From Auanema rhodensis (lineage: Eukaryota; Animalia; Nematoda): a DNA stretch of 64,000 nucleotides. Below the pieces are notes generated by a model. That model was not told the origin of the DNA. It made no database searches and saw nothing but the letters and a program-made list of their open reading frames with translations. Of the stretch, positions 25,301 through 36,528 are shown piece after piece (the stretch's first letter is position 1; each line of letters opens with the position of its first letter). Position numbers and translations under genes: made by a program. Where the stretch lies: NCBI GenBank assembly GCA_964057225.1, contig OZ059896.1:18848001-18912000 (forward strand), written 5' to 3'.

Positions 25301-28300
25301 GATTTACATGGCCTTGTGGCCTAATGGATAAGGCGTCGGACTTCGGATCCGAAGATTGTAGGTTCGAGTCCTGCCAGGGTCGTTATTTTTTGTTTCAAAA
25401 AAATGATTACCTGATAGTTTACATGTTTTATTCTGTATTATCTCATACAATTGAAAAAAATACTAGCACTAAAACAAATGCAGTGATAATATTCTCGAGA
25501 ATGTTCCTATACAGAGTGAGAAAATATCAAAAATTCTCCGAAGGTTTTCTCATAAGGTACTAAAATAAAAAAATTATTTCATATTATTATTTTTCCAGAC
25601 CTAGAATCGATAAAAAAAATCAACTACATTTCAGTGAGTTACTGGGTTGGGTTATACAAATTGTCTAATTTGAATGCGATTTACATGGCCTTGTGGCCTA
25701 ATGGATAAGGCGTCGGACTTCGGATCCGAAGATTGTAGGTTCGAGTCCTGCCAGGGTCGTTATTTTTTGTTTTAAAAAAATCATTACCTGATAGTTTACA
25801 TGTTTTATTCTGTATTATCTCATACAATTGAAAAAAATACTAGCAGTAAAACAAATGCAGTGATAATATTCTCGATAATGTTCCTATTCAGAGTGCGAAA
25901 GTATCAAAAATTTCCCGAAGGTTTTCTCATAAGGTATTAAAATAAAAGTATTATTTCATATTATTATTTTTCCAGACCTAGAATCGATAAAAAAAATTAA
26001 CTACATTTTAGTGAGTTACTGGGTTGGGTTATACAAATTGTCTAATTTGAATGCGATTTACATGGCCTTGTGGCCTAATGGATAAGGCGTCGGACTTCGG
26101 ATCCGAAGATTGTAGGTTCGAGTCCTGCCAGGGTCGTTATTTTTTGTTTTAAAAAAATCATTACCTGATAGTTTACATGTTTTATTCTGTATTATCTCAT
26201 ACAATTGAAAAAAATACTAGCAGTAAAACAAATGCAGTGATAATATTCTCGATAATGTTCCTATTCAGAGTGCGAAAGTATCAAAAATTTCCCGAAGGTT
26301 TTCTCATAAGGTATTAAAATAAAAGTATTATTTCATATTATTATTTTTCCAGACCTAGAATCGATAAAAAAAATTAACTACATTTTAGTGAGTTACTGGG
26401 TTGGGTTATACAAATTGTCTAATTTGAATGCGATTTACATGGCCTTGTGGCCTAATGGATAAGGCGTCGGACTTCGGATCCGAAGATTGTAGGTTCGAGT
26501 CCTGCCAGGGTCGTTATTTTTTGTTTAAAAAAAATCATTACCTGATAGTTTACATGTTTTATTCTGTATTATCTCATACAATTGAAAAAATACTAGCAGT
26601 AAAACAAATGCAGTGATAATATTCTCGAGAATGTTCCTATTCAGAGTGAGAAAATTTCAAAAATTTCCCGAAGGTTTTCTCATAAGGTACTAAAATAAAA
26701 GTATTATTTCATATTATTATTTTTTCAGACCTAGAATCGATAAAAAAAATCAACTACATTTTAGTGAGTTACTGGGTTGGGTTATACAAATTGTCTAATT
26801 AGAATGCGATTTACATGGCCTTGTGGCCTAATGGATAAGGCGTCGGACTTCGGATCCGAAGATTGTAGGTTCGAGTCCTGCCAGGGTCGTTATTTTTTGT
26901 TTTAAAAAAATCATTACCTGATAGTTTACATGTTTTATTCTGTATTATCTCATACAATTGAAAAAATACTAGCAGTAAAACAAATGCAGTGATAATATTC
27001 TCGAGAATGTTCCTATTCAGAGTGCGAAAGTATCAAAAATTTCCCGAAGGTTTTCTCATAAGGTATTAAAATAAAAGTATTATTTCATATTATTATTTTT
27101 CCAGACCTAGAATCGATAAAAAAAATTAACTACATTTTAGTGAGTTACTGGGTTGGGTTATACAAATTGTCTAATTTGAATGCGATTTACATGGCCTTGT
27201 GGCCTAATGGATAAGGCGTCGGACTTCGGATCCGAAGATTTTAGGTTCGAGTCCTGCCACGGTCGTTATTTTGTTTCAAAAAAATCATTACCTGATAGTT
27301 TACATGTTTTATTCTGTATTATCTCATACAATTGAAAAAAATACTAGCAGTAAAACAAATGCAGTGATAATATTCTCGAGAATGTTCCTATACAGAGTGA
27401 GAAAATATCAAAAATTCTCCGAAGGTTTTCTCATAAGGTACTAAAATAAAAAAATTATTTCATATTATTATTTTTCCAGACCTAGAATCGATAAAAAAAA
27501 TTAACTACATTTTAGTGAGTTACTGGGTTGGGTTATACAAATTGTCTAATTTGAATGCGATTTACATGGCCTTGTGGCCTAATGGATAAGGCGTCGGACT
27601 TCGGATCCGAAGATTGTAGGTTCGAGTCCTGCCAGGGTCGTTATTTTTTGTTTTAAAAAAATCATTACCTGATAGTTTACATGTTTTATTCTGTATTATC
27701 TCATACAATTGAAAAAAATACTAGCAGTAAAACAAATGCAGTGATAATATTCTCGATAATGTTCCTATTCAGAGTGCGAAAGTATCAAAAATTTCCCGAA
27801 GGTTTTCTCATAAGGTATTAAAATAAAAGTATTATTTCATATTATTATTTTTCCAGACCTAGAATCGATAAAAAAAATTAACTACATTTTAGTGAGTTAC
27901 TGGGTTGGGTTATACAAATTGTCTAATTTGAATGCGATTTACATGGCCTTGTGGCCTAATGGATAAGGCGTCGGACTTCGGATCCGAAGATTGTAGGTTC
28001 GAGTCCTGCCAGGGTCGTTATTTTTTGTTTAAAAAAAATCATTACCTGATAGTTTACATGTTTTATTCTGTATTATCTCATACAATTGAAAAAATACTAG
28101 CAGTAAAACAAATGCAGTGATAATATTCTCGAGAATGTTCCTATTCAGAGTGAGAAAATTTCAAAAATTTCCCGAAGGTTTTCTCATAAGGTACTAAAAT
28201 AAAAGTATTATTTCATATTATTATTTTTTCAGACCTAGAATCGATAAAAAAAATCAACTACATTTTAGTGAGTTACTGGGTTGGGTTATACAAATTGTCT

Positions 28301-31300
28301 AATTAGAATGCGATTTACATGGCCTTGTGGCCTAATGGATAAGGCGTCGGACTTCGGATCCGAAGATTGTAGGTTCGAGTCCTGCCAGGGTCGTTATTTT
28401 TTGTTTTAAAAAAATCATTACCTGATAGTTTACATGTTTTATTCTGTATTATCTCATACAATTGAAAAAAATACTAGCAGTAAAACAAATGCAGTGATAA
28501 TATTCTCGAGAATGTTCCTATTCAGAGTGCGAAAGTATCAAAAATTTCCCGAAGGTTTTCTCATAAGGTATTAAAATAAAAGTATTATTTCATATTATTA
28601 TTTTTCCAGACCTAGAATCGATAAAAAAAATTAACTACATTTTAGTGAGTTACTGGGTTGGGTTATACAAATTGTCTAATTTGAATGCGATTTACATGGC
28701 CTTGTGGCCTAATGGATAAGGCGTCGGACTTCGGATCCGAAGATTGTAGGTTCGAGTCCTGCCAGGGTCGTTATTTTTTGTTTCAAAAAAATCATTACCT
28801 GATAGTTTACATGTTTTATTCTGTATTATCTCATACAATTGAAAAAAATACTAGCAGTAAAACAAATGCAGTGATAATATTCTCGAAAATGTTCCTATTC
28901 AGAGTGCGAAAGTATCAAAAATTTCCCGAAGGTTTTCTCATAAGGTACTAAAATAAAAGTATTATTTCATATTATTATTTTTTCAGACCTAGAATCGATA
29001 AAAAAAATCAACTACATTTCAGTGAGTTACTGGGTTGGGTTATACAAATTGTCTAATTTGAATGCGATTTACATGGCCTTGTGGCCTAATGGATAAGGCG
29101 TCGGACTTCGGATCCGAAGATTGTAGGTTCGAGTCCTGCCAGGGTCGTTATTTTTTGTTTCAAAAAAATCATTACCTGATAGTTTACATGTTTTATTCTG
29201 TATTATCTCATACAATTGAAAAAAATACTAGCAGTAAAACAAATGCAGTGATAATATTCTCGAGAATGTTCCTATTCAGAGTGCGAAAGTATCAAAAATT
29301 TCCCGAAGGTTTTCTCATAAGGTATTAAAATAAAAGTATTATTTCATATTATTATTTTTCCAGACCTAGAATCGATAAAAAAAATTAACTACATTTTAGT
29401 GAGTTACTGGGTTGGGTTATACAAATTGTCTAATTTGAATGCGATTTACATGGCCTTGTGGCCTAATGGATAAGGCGTCGGACTTCGGATCCGAAGATTG
29501 TAGGTTCGAGTCCTGCCAGGGTCGTTATTTTTTGTTTCAAAAAAATCATTACCTGATAGTTTACATGTTTTATTCTGTATTATCTCATACAATTGAAAAA
29601 AATACTAGCAGTAAAACAAATGCAGTGATAATATTCTCGAAAATGTTCCTATTCAGAGTGCGAAAGTATCAAAAATTTCCCGAAGGTTTTCTCATAAGGT
29701 ACTAAAATAAAAGTATTATTTCATATTATTATTTTTTCAGACCTAGAATCGATAAAAAAAATCAACTACATTTCAGTGAGTTACTGGGTTGGGTTATACA
29801 AATTGTCTAATTTGAATGCGATTTACATGGCCTTGTGGCCTAATGGATAAGGCGTCGGACTTCGGATCCGAAGATTGTAGGTTCGAGTCCTGCCAGGGTC
29901 GTTATTTTTTGTTTCAAAAAAATCATTACCTGATAGTTTACATGTTTTATTCTGTATTATCTCATACAATTGAAAAAAATACTAGCAGTAAAACAAATGC
30001 AGTGATAATATTCTCGAGAATGTTCCTATTCAGAGTGCGAAAGTATCAAAAATTTCCCGAAGGTTTTCTCATAAGGTATTAAAATAAAAGTATTATTTCA
30101 TATTATTATTTTTCCAGACCTAGAATCGATAAAAAAAATTAACTACATTTTAGTGAGTTACTGGGTTGGGTTATACAAATTGTCTAATTTGAATGTGATT
30201 TACATGGCCTTGTGGCCTAATGGATAAGGCGTCGGACTTCGGATCCGAAGATTGTAGGTTCGAGTCCTGCCAGGGTCGTTATTTTTTGTTTAAAAAAAAT
30301 CATTACCTGATAGTTTACATGTTTTATTCTGTATTATCTCATACAATTGAAAAAAATACTAGCAGTAAAACAAATGCAGTGATAATATTCTCCAGAATGT
30401 TCCTATTCAGAGTGCGAAAGTATCAAAAATTTCCCGAAGGTTTTCTCATAAGGTATTAAAATAAAAGTATTATTTCATATTATTATTTTTCCAGACCTAG
30501 AATCGATAAAAAAAATTAACTACATTTTAGTGAGTTACTGGGTTGGGTTATACAAATTGTCTAATTTGAATGCGATTTACATGGCCTTGTGGCCTAATGG
30601 ATAAGGCGTCGGACTTCGGATCCGAAGATTGTAGGTTCGAGTCCTGCCAGGGTCGTTATTTTTTGTTTAAAAAAAATCATTACCTGATAGTTTACATGTT
30701 TTATTCTGTATTATCTCATACAATTGAAAAAATACTAGCAGTAAAACAAATGCAGTGATAATATTCTCGAAAATGTACCTATTCAGAGTGCGAAAGTATC
30801 AAAAATTTCCCGAAGGTTTTCTCATAAGGTACTAAAATAAAAGTATTATTTCATATTATTATTTTTTCAGACCTAGAATCGATAAAAAAAATCAACTACA
30901 TTTCAGTGAGTTACTGGGTTGGGTTATACAAATTGTCTAATTTGAATGCGATTTACATGGCCTTGTGGCCTAATGGATAAGGCGTCGGACTTCGGATCCG
31001 AAGATTGTAGGTTCGAGTCCTGCCACGGTCGTTATTTTTTGTTTCAAAAAAATCATTACCTGATAGTTTACATGTTTTATTCTGTATTATCTCATACAAT
31101 TGAAAAAAATACTAGCAGTAAAACAAATGCAGTGATAATATTCTCCAGAATGTTCCTATTCAGAGTGCGAAAGTATCAAAAATTTCCCGAAGGTTTTCTC
31201 ATAAGGTATTAAAATAAAAGTATTATTTCATATTATTATTTTTCCAGACCTAGAATCGATAAAAAAAATTAACTACATTTTAGTGAGTTACTGGGTTGGG

Positions 31301-32084
31301 TTATACAAATTGTCTAATTTGAATGCGATTTACATGGCCTTGTGGCCTAATGGATAAGGCGTCGGACTTCGGATCCGAAGATTGTAGGTTCGAGTCCTGC
31401 CAGGGTCGTTATTTTTTGTTTAAAAAAAATCATTACCTGATAGTTTACATGTTTTATTCTGTATTATCTCATACAATTGAAAAAAATACTAGCAGTAAAA
31501 CAAATGCAGTGATAATATTCTCGAGAATGTTCCTATTCAGAGTGAGAAAATATCAAAAATTTCCCGAAGGTTTTCTCATAAGGTACTAAAATAAAAGTAT
31601 TATTTCATATTATTATTTTTTCAGACCTAGAATCGATAAAAAAAATCAACTACATTTTAGTGAGTTACTGGGTTGGGTTATACAAATTGTCTAATTAGAA
31701 TGCGATTTACATGGCCTTGTGGCCTAATGGATGAGGCGTCGGACTTCGGATCCGAAGATTTTAGGTTCGAGTCCTGCCACGGTCGTTATTTTTTGTTTCA
31801 AAAAAATCATTACCTGATAGTTTACATGTTTTATTCTGTATTATCTCATACAATTGAAAAAAATACTAGCAATAAAACAAATGCAGTGATAATATTCTCG
31901 AAAATGTTCCTATTCAGAGTGAGAAAATATCAAAAATTTCCCGAAGGTTTTCTCATAAGGTACTAAAATAAAAGTATTATTTCATATTATTATTTTTTCA
32001 GACCTAGAATCGATAAAAAAATTAACTACATTTTAGTGAGTTACTGGGTTGTGTTATACAAATTGTCTAATTAGAATGCGATTT

Positions 32085-32421
32085 CGTTCCGTTATGCTCT
32101 CACGTCGATCCTATAGACCAATAAAGCCTACAAGATGAGTGTGATAATATTCCAGATGTAGCGGTAGATAAAGAGCATAATGGATAAACATAAGACTCGA
32201 GAAAGAAAGGTTTATTATGTCTACATGATTACAATAAGTTATATAAGTCTACATAAAGATATAAAGTGAAAGAGAGCTAAGAAAGGAAGACCAACCATCC
32301 ATAGTCATTCCATAAGGCAAAGCTGAAGTCTGTGTTCCATATGAAGGGCGTGTCGTCCTCTCTCAGCCTCATGTCGTCTGATTCTAACCCGCCTGCTACG
32401 TATTGATTTCCGAATGGAACG
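32085..32421 (-). repeat. 3' LTR of element C
   Basis: No differences seen by eye versus 42171-42507; termini CGTTCC...GGAACG; preceded on minus by GAAAAAATGGCA (weak PPT). Confidence 0.97.
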
Positions 32422-32918
32422 TGCCATTTTTTCGAGTTTATGTCGCGTCCTCGCGAATAGCAAAATATGTGGCTTGTTCCAATCGTAGCAGAAGGTTTAG
32501 TTTTAAAAAATAAAAATTACAATGTTAACATAAAAATAGTAAAGATAAATTACAATATAGTGTTAAACAATATTATCTGAAAATAATTTAATAAAAATTA
32601 TTTGAAAATACATGAATATTAAGGAATAAAACAATCTTTTAGAATACCAGGGCTATATTTTGTCAGCGAGAGTACGCAAAATAGCTTTTTAGGCACGACA
32701 CTGCATGTCTAACTTGTTTGAGTATAGAGAAACAAGAGTCATGCTATATTATCGATGGAGCTAGCATGTTTCTTCAGCGTATTCAAAGCGAATTGTAATA
32801 ATAAAAAAAAATTAAATTAAATCCCATATAATTTCCGGAATTGAATCATTAACTACTTGATAAGGACTGTTGCTCAAATGAATATGCAATATAATGTCTC
32901 TTATCTTTCATTTCTTCT

Positions 32919-35900
32919 TTATTTACGGGAAATTATTTGAAATTGATGAAGTTTTATAATCATATATGCTTTGAAACTGAAATGCTTTTTGATTATAATA
33001 ATATCCATATGTATTCTCTCAAATGGTTTTGATGGTATTTCAAATTGACCCATAGGCTGAACGGTCATAGCGTGAGGATCTTTCTTCCTTTGTGCGCATT
33101 TAACGCATTGTTTCACAAAAATTGCTATGTCCGTTTGCATGTTTGTCCAGCAGAATCTTCGTAGTATGGCTTCTTTAGTTTTGTTAATTCCTTGATGTGC
33201 TCCAATTGCTGGGTCTTCGTGAAATTCTTCGATAACCTTGTTGATAAGTTCGCTTTCCCTTGGTAAAATCAAAGCTGGGTGTGGTCGTTTTCTGCTTGGT
33301 TTTGTGTATAACATGTTGTCAATAACACAATAACGATCATTAGAAAGCATGTTCTTTTTCGTTCTGTATTCTATTTCGGCGATAGTTCTCTTTATCCAAG
33401 GTGTATCCTCTTGAATTGCTCTAATGTCAGGTACATTAACGAAATTAATTTGAGCTTTCGGAATTTCTTTTGTTTTCTTTTTCTTTTCCGGTTTAGGATC
33501 GTTTGCTTCATCTCCAATGTATCGTGAGAGAGCATCACAGACTTTGTTTAGTCTGCCTTCTCGGTATCTTATCTCGATATCGTATTCCTGTATGACTAAT
33601 TGAAATTTTGCTAGTCTTCCAAAAAGGTCTCTACGAGTCAATAAGCTTGTTAATGGTCGATGGTCTGTGATACAGATTGTATGTGATCCAAGTATATATG
33701 TTCGAAACTGAGCTAAAGCGTATACGAGTCCTAACGCTTCTATTTCAATAGGAGCATAGTTGCGTTCCGCTTTTACAAGTTTACGGCTTGCAAATGCAAT
33801 TGGATGTAAATTTTTGAGTGGTTCATTGGGATCTTCAGGTTGTAATAACACTGCTCCCACTGCGATATTACTACCGTCACTTTCTATAATGAACATACGG
33901 TCTGATCTTGGTGGTTTTAAGACCGGTGCTTGGATCAATTTTCTTTTTAGTGTATCAACAGCTTGTTGACTTTTGTCATTCCATTGAAATTCCACATCAA
34001 GTTTTGTAAGGTCGTATAAAGGGCTTGCGATGTGTGCAAAATCCTTAATAAATTTCCGAAAGAATCCTACCATTCCCAAAAATGCTCTTACTCCTGTAGG
34101 TGACTTTGGAGCAGGATAGTCTTGAATGGCGGAGACTTTCTGTGGATCTGGTTTGACCCCATCTCTTCCGACAATTAAACCAAGAAATTTTACTTCAGGT
34201 CTTGCAAAAGCGCATTTCTTGAGTTTTATTTTCATGCCTAATTTCTTTACTTCTCTGAGAATCTCAGCTATATCGTCAAGATGTTGTTCTGCAGTGTCTG
34301 ATATAACGAGTAGATCATCCAAATAAACAAAGAGTCGGCATTTACATCGGCTTTGAAGGTATCGTACTGCTGTTTGAAAGGTATGTGGCGCTCCACATAA
34401 CCCCATAGGCATCCTTCTATATTGATAAGTACCGGTGTTTGTTGTAAATGCTGTTAATGGTCGATCTGATTTCTTTAATGCTATTTGGAAGAATCCGGAT
34501 ACTAAATCAAAGTTAGAAAAATATTGTGATCCGGCTGCCATATCGACAATGTCAGAGATGTTAGGTATGATGTACGTTTGCTTGCGAGTGACGTTATTTA
34601 GAGCACGGAAATCGGTTACGAAACGGAATGTTTCATCTTTCTTTTTGACTAAAACTACAGGACTATTGAAAAGAGATGTGGATGGTTCAATTATATTTTG
34701 CTTCAGCATCTCCTGTACCTGTCTTTCGACTTCTTCTTGTTTGCCTATAGGGATACGCGTTATACGCGGTCTAGGCATGTCCATATCTGTTCTTAGAGGT
34801 ATTGAATGCTCTACAGGTCCTTTAAATAGTCCTATTTGTTTATCCTCATTTAAAAATGCATCTCTATTACGGAGAATACAAAGCTGAAGAAGATCTTTTT
34901 GTTCTTTAGTTAGGTCGGCGTCTTTTAAATCAAGATCGTTCATAAAGTCCTGAGGAAAATGAGGTAATTTATTTTCCCAATCCGCTTCGGGTGGTATATA
35001 GTCTGGATTGTGTTCGGTCGTAAAGATCTCGTATTGTGGCAGTACGCCTATTTTTGCTTTGTCAATAATGTTTCCGGGTGATAGATCTATAGGATGATCA
35101 GTGTTGTTTTTGAATGGCATGGTAATTGAATTGACGTCTCGAAATGCTGTTTCGTAGGTGGTAGATATCGTCTTTTCTTCATCGGGTTGTAGCATGGCGG
35201 CTTCGTTGTGTGATATGGGTTCAGCTAACCTTACTGGTATTCTACAGGTCTGATGAGGAAAGATACATTGTGGATTTAAGTTTATCAAATTAATGACAAA
35301 TGATGTTTTTCTAATATTCCCGTTATTTCCATTGGCTAACGGTACTACGCGGTTTCCGATTTCTAACGTTTGTTTGAATGGTCGAAGTTTCATACCGATA
35401 TTTTGACGATCGAGTGTTTTCATAAAATCTAATCCAATTAATGCTGGTGATGGACAGTCTTCATCTCTTGAAATGAAGAATGTATGATCTATTTCATATC
35501 CAGCAATTTCTACGGTTAAATCAATTGTTCCCAGAAATCGAAATGCTGATCCGTTTGCTGTCGTTGCAACTGATTTATCCTTTTTTACAAAATCATTCAA
35601 AGTTAAGTAATGTAATGTCGAGAGTCTGATATAACTAATCGATGATCCTGAATCCCAAAGAGTTAGGATTAGTCTATCGTTAACAGTCATCAATAGCAGT
35701 GGTAGAGATTGGTCTTTGCGATTGGAAACTGAACAAACTATGGGCATAGCTAGTGGAACTAAAGTGAGAAACGATGGATAGTACTGTTTCATTATGTTCC
35801 TTGGTATTGGCTGATCAGGTTGACTTACTAGCTCTAATGTTTCTTCATATGTGGGAAGATCGTTGGTTTGATCTCGGAGTTCGATATGCATGACTTGCAT

Positions 35901-36203
35901 GCCTATTGGTTTGAAGAAATATATTTTCGCAACGAAGGCTAGTACGATCAGTATAACTACAATAATTGTAATTGCTCCGATAGTGATGAGTGTTCGTTCA
36001 ATCGTTCCTGCTATTGTATCGACAAATGAATTCCATATACTTTTGGTGAATTCATTGGCTTTGGAGATGTAATCACTACTTTTCTTCAATATGCTGAATG
36101 CTGATGATATTTTTGGATCATGATGAATTGTGTGAAGCACGTGATTTTGACGAATCGATGCTAAACTAGCACCATAAGCAATGGCTGTTGTCATTGAGTA
36201 CAC
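32919..36203 (-). CDS. pol: C-terminal half of the broken polyprotein: Env stem and TM, protease, RT, RNase H, IN zinc finger; IN core deleted
   Basis: TM ITIGAITIIVVILIVLAFVA; LWDSGS; YRRMPMGL; YLDD; IIESDGS/EALGL/TDH; H-H-C-C; homology stops at RIHMDI near 33000. Confidence 0.95.
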   Translation of the reverse strand: MYSMTTAIAYGASLASIRQNHVLHTIHHDPKISSAFSILKKSSDYISKANEFTKSIWNSFVDTIAGTIERTLITIGAITIIVVILIVLAFVAKIYFFKPIGMQVMHIELRDQTNDLPTYEETLELVSQPDQPIPRNIMKQYYPSFLTLVPLAMPIVCSVSNRKDQSLPLLLMTVNDRLILTLWDSGSSISYIRLSTLHYLTLNDFVKKDKSVATTANGSAFRFLGTIDLTVEIAGYEIDHTFFISRDEDCPSPALIGLDFMKTLDRQNIGMKLRPFKQTLEIGNRVVPLANGNNGNIRKTSFVINLINLNPQCIFPHQTCRIPVRLAEPISHNEAAMLQPDEEKTISTTYETAFRDVNSITMPFKNNTDHPIDLSPGNIIDKAKIGVLPQYEIFTTEHNPDYIPPEADWENKLPHFPQDFMNDLDLKDADLTKEQKDLLQLCILRNRDAFLNEDKQIGLFKGPVEHSIPLRTDMDMPRPRITRIPIGKQEEVERQVQEMLKQNIIEPSTSLFNSPVVLVKKKDETFRFVTDFRALNNVTRKQTYIIPNISDIVDMAAGSQYFSNFDLVSGFFQIALKKSDRPLTAFTTNTGTYQYRRMPMGLCGAPHTFQTAVRYLQSRCKCRLFVYLDDLLVISDTAEQHLDDIAEILREVKKLGMKIKLKKCAFARPEVKFLGLIVGRDGVKPDPQKVSAIQDYPAPKSPTGVRAFLGMVGFFRKFIKDFAHIASPLYDLTKLDVEFQWNDKSQQAVDTLKRKLIQAPVLKPPRSDRMFIIESDGSNIAVGAVLLQPEDPNEPLKNLHPIAFASRKLVKAERNYAPIEIEALGLVYALAQFRTYILGSHTICITDHRPLTSLLTRRDLFGRLAKFQLVIQEYDIEIRYREGRLNKVCDALSRYIGDEANDPKPEKKKKTKEIPKAQINFVNVPDIRAIQEDTPWIKRTIAEIEYRTKKNMLSNDRYCVIDNMLYTKPSRKRPHPALILPRESELINKVIEEFHEDPAIGAHQGINKTKEAILRRFCWTNMQTDIAIFVKQCVKCAQRKKDPHAMTVQPMGQFEIPSKPFERIHMDIIIIKKHFSFKAYMIIKLHQFQIISRK

Positions 36204-36528
36204 TCGAGATGATAAGTTGGTGTATAAGTGTGCTCCGGTGAATTTTAATGGCGTGATCTTTTCATGATGAAGTCCGAAAGAAATAAGCTGTGATCACGTA
36301 CCAACAGATATCTGGTCTAGCGAAGGTGAATGGAAAGGAATTAATGGGACTGCAGACGTCAGTCTTGTATCAATGTGGGACGGACTTCATCATGAAAAGA
36401 TCACGCCATTAAAATTCACCGGAGCACACTTATACACCAACTTATCATCTCGAGTGTACTCAATGACAACAGCCATTGCTTATGGTGCTAGTTTAGCATC
36501 GATTCGTCAAAATCACGTGCTTCACACA
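36129..36528. repeat. Perfect 148-bp inverted repeat (36129-36276 and 36381-36528) with a 104-bp spacer
   Basis: The arms are reverse complements; spacer plus right arm reads as env coding sequence on the + strand. Confidence 0.95.

Larger units (their letters stand above)
15984..32084 (+). repeat. tRNA-Arg(TCG) tandem array, plus block 1 (about 42 genes, 377-bp unit)
   Basis: First gene at 16282, last at 31713; count derived from spacing. Confidence 0.97.

Noticed and set aside
32178-32187. TAATGGATAA in LTR C matching the tRNA-Arg D-loop
   Set aside because: Only 10 AT-rich nt, and mostly explained as an arm of the U5 hairpin.
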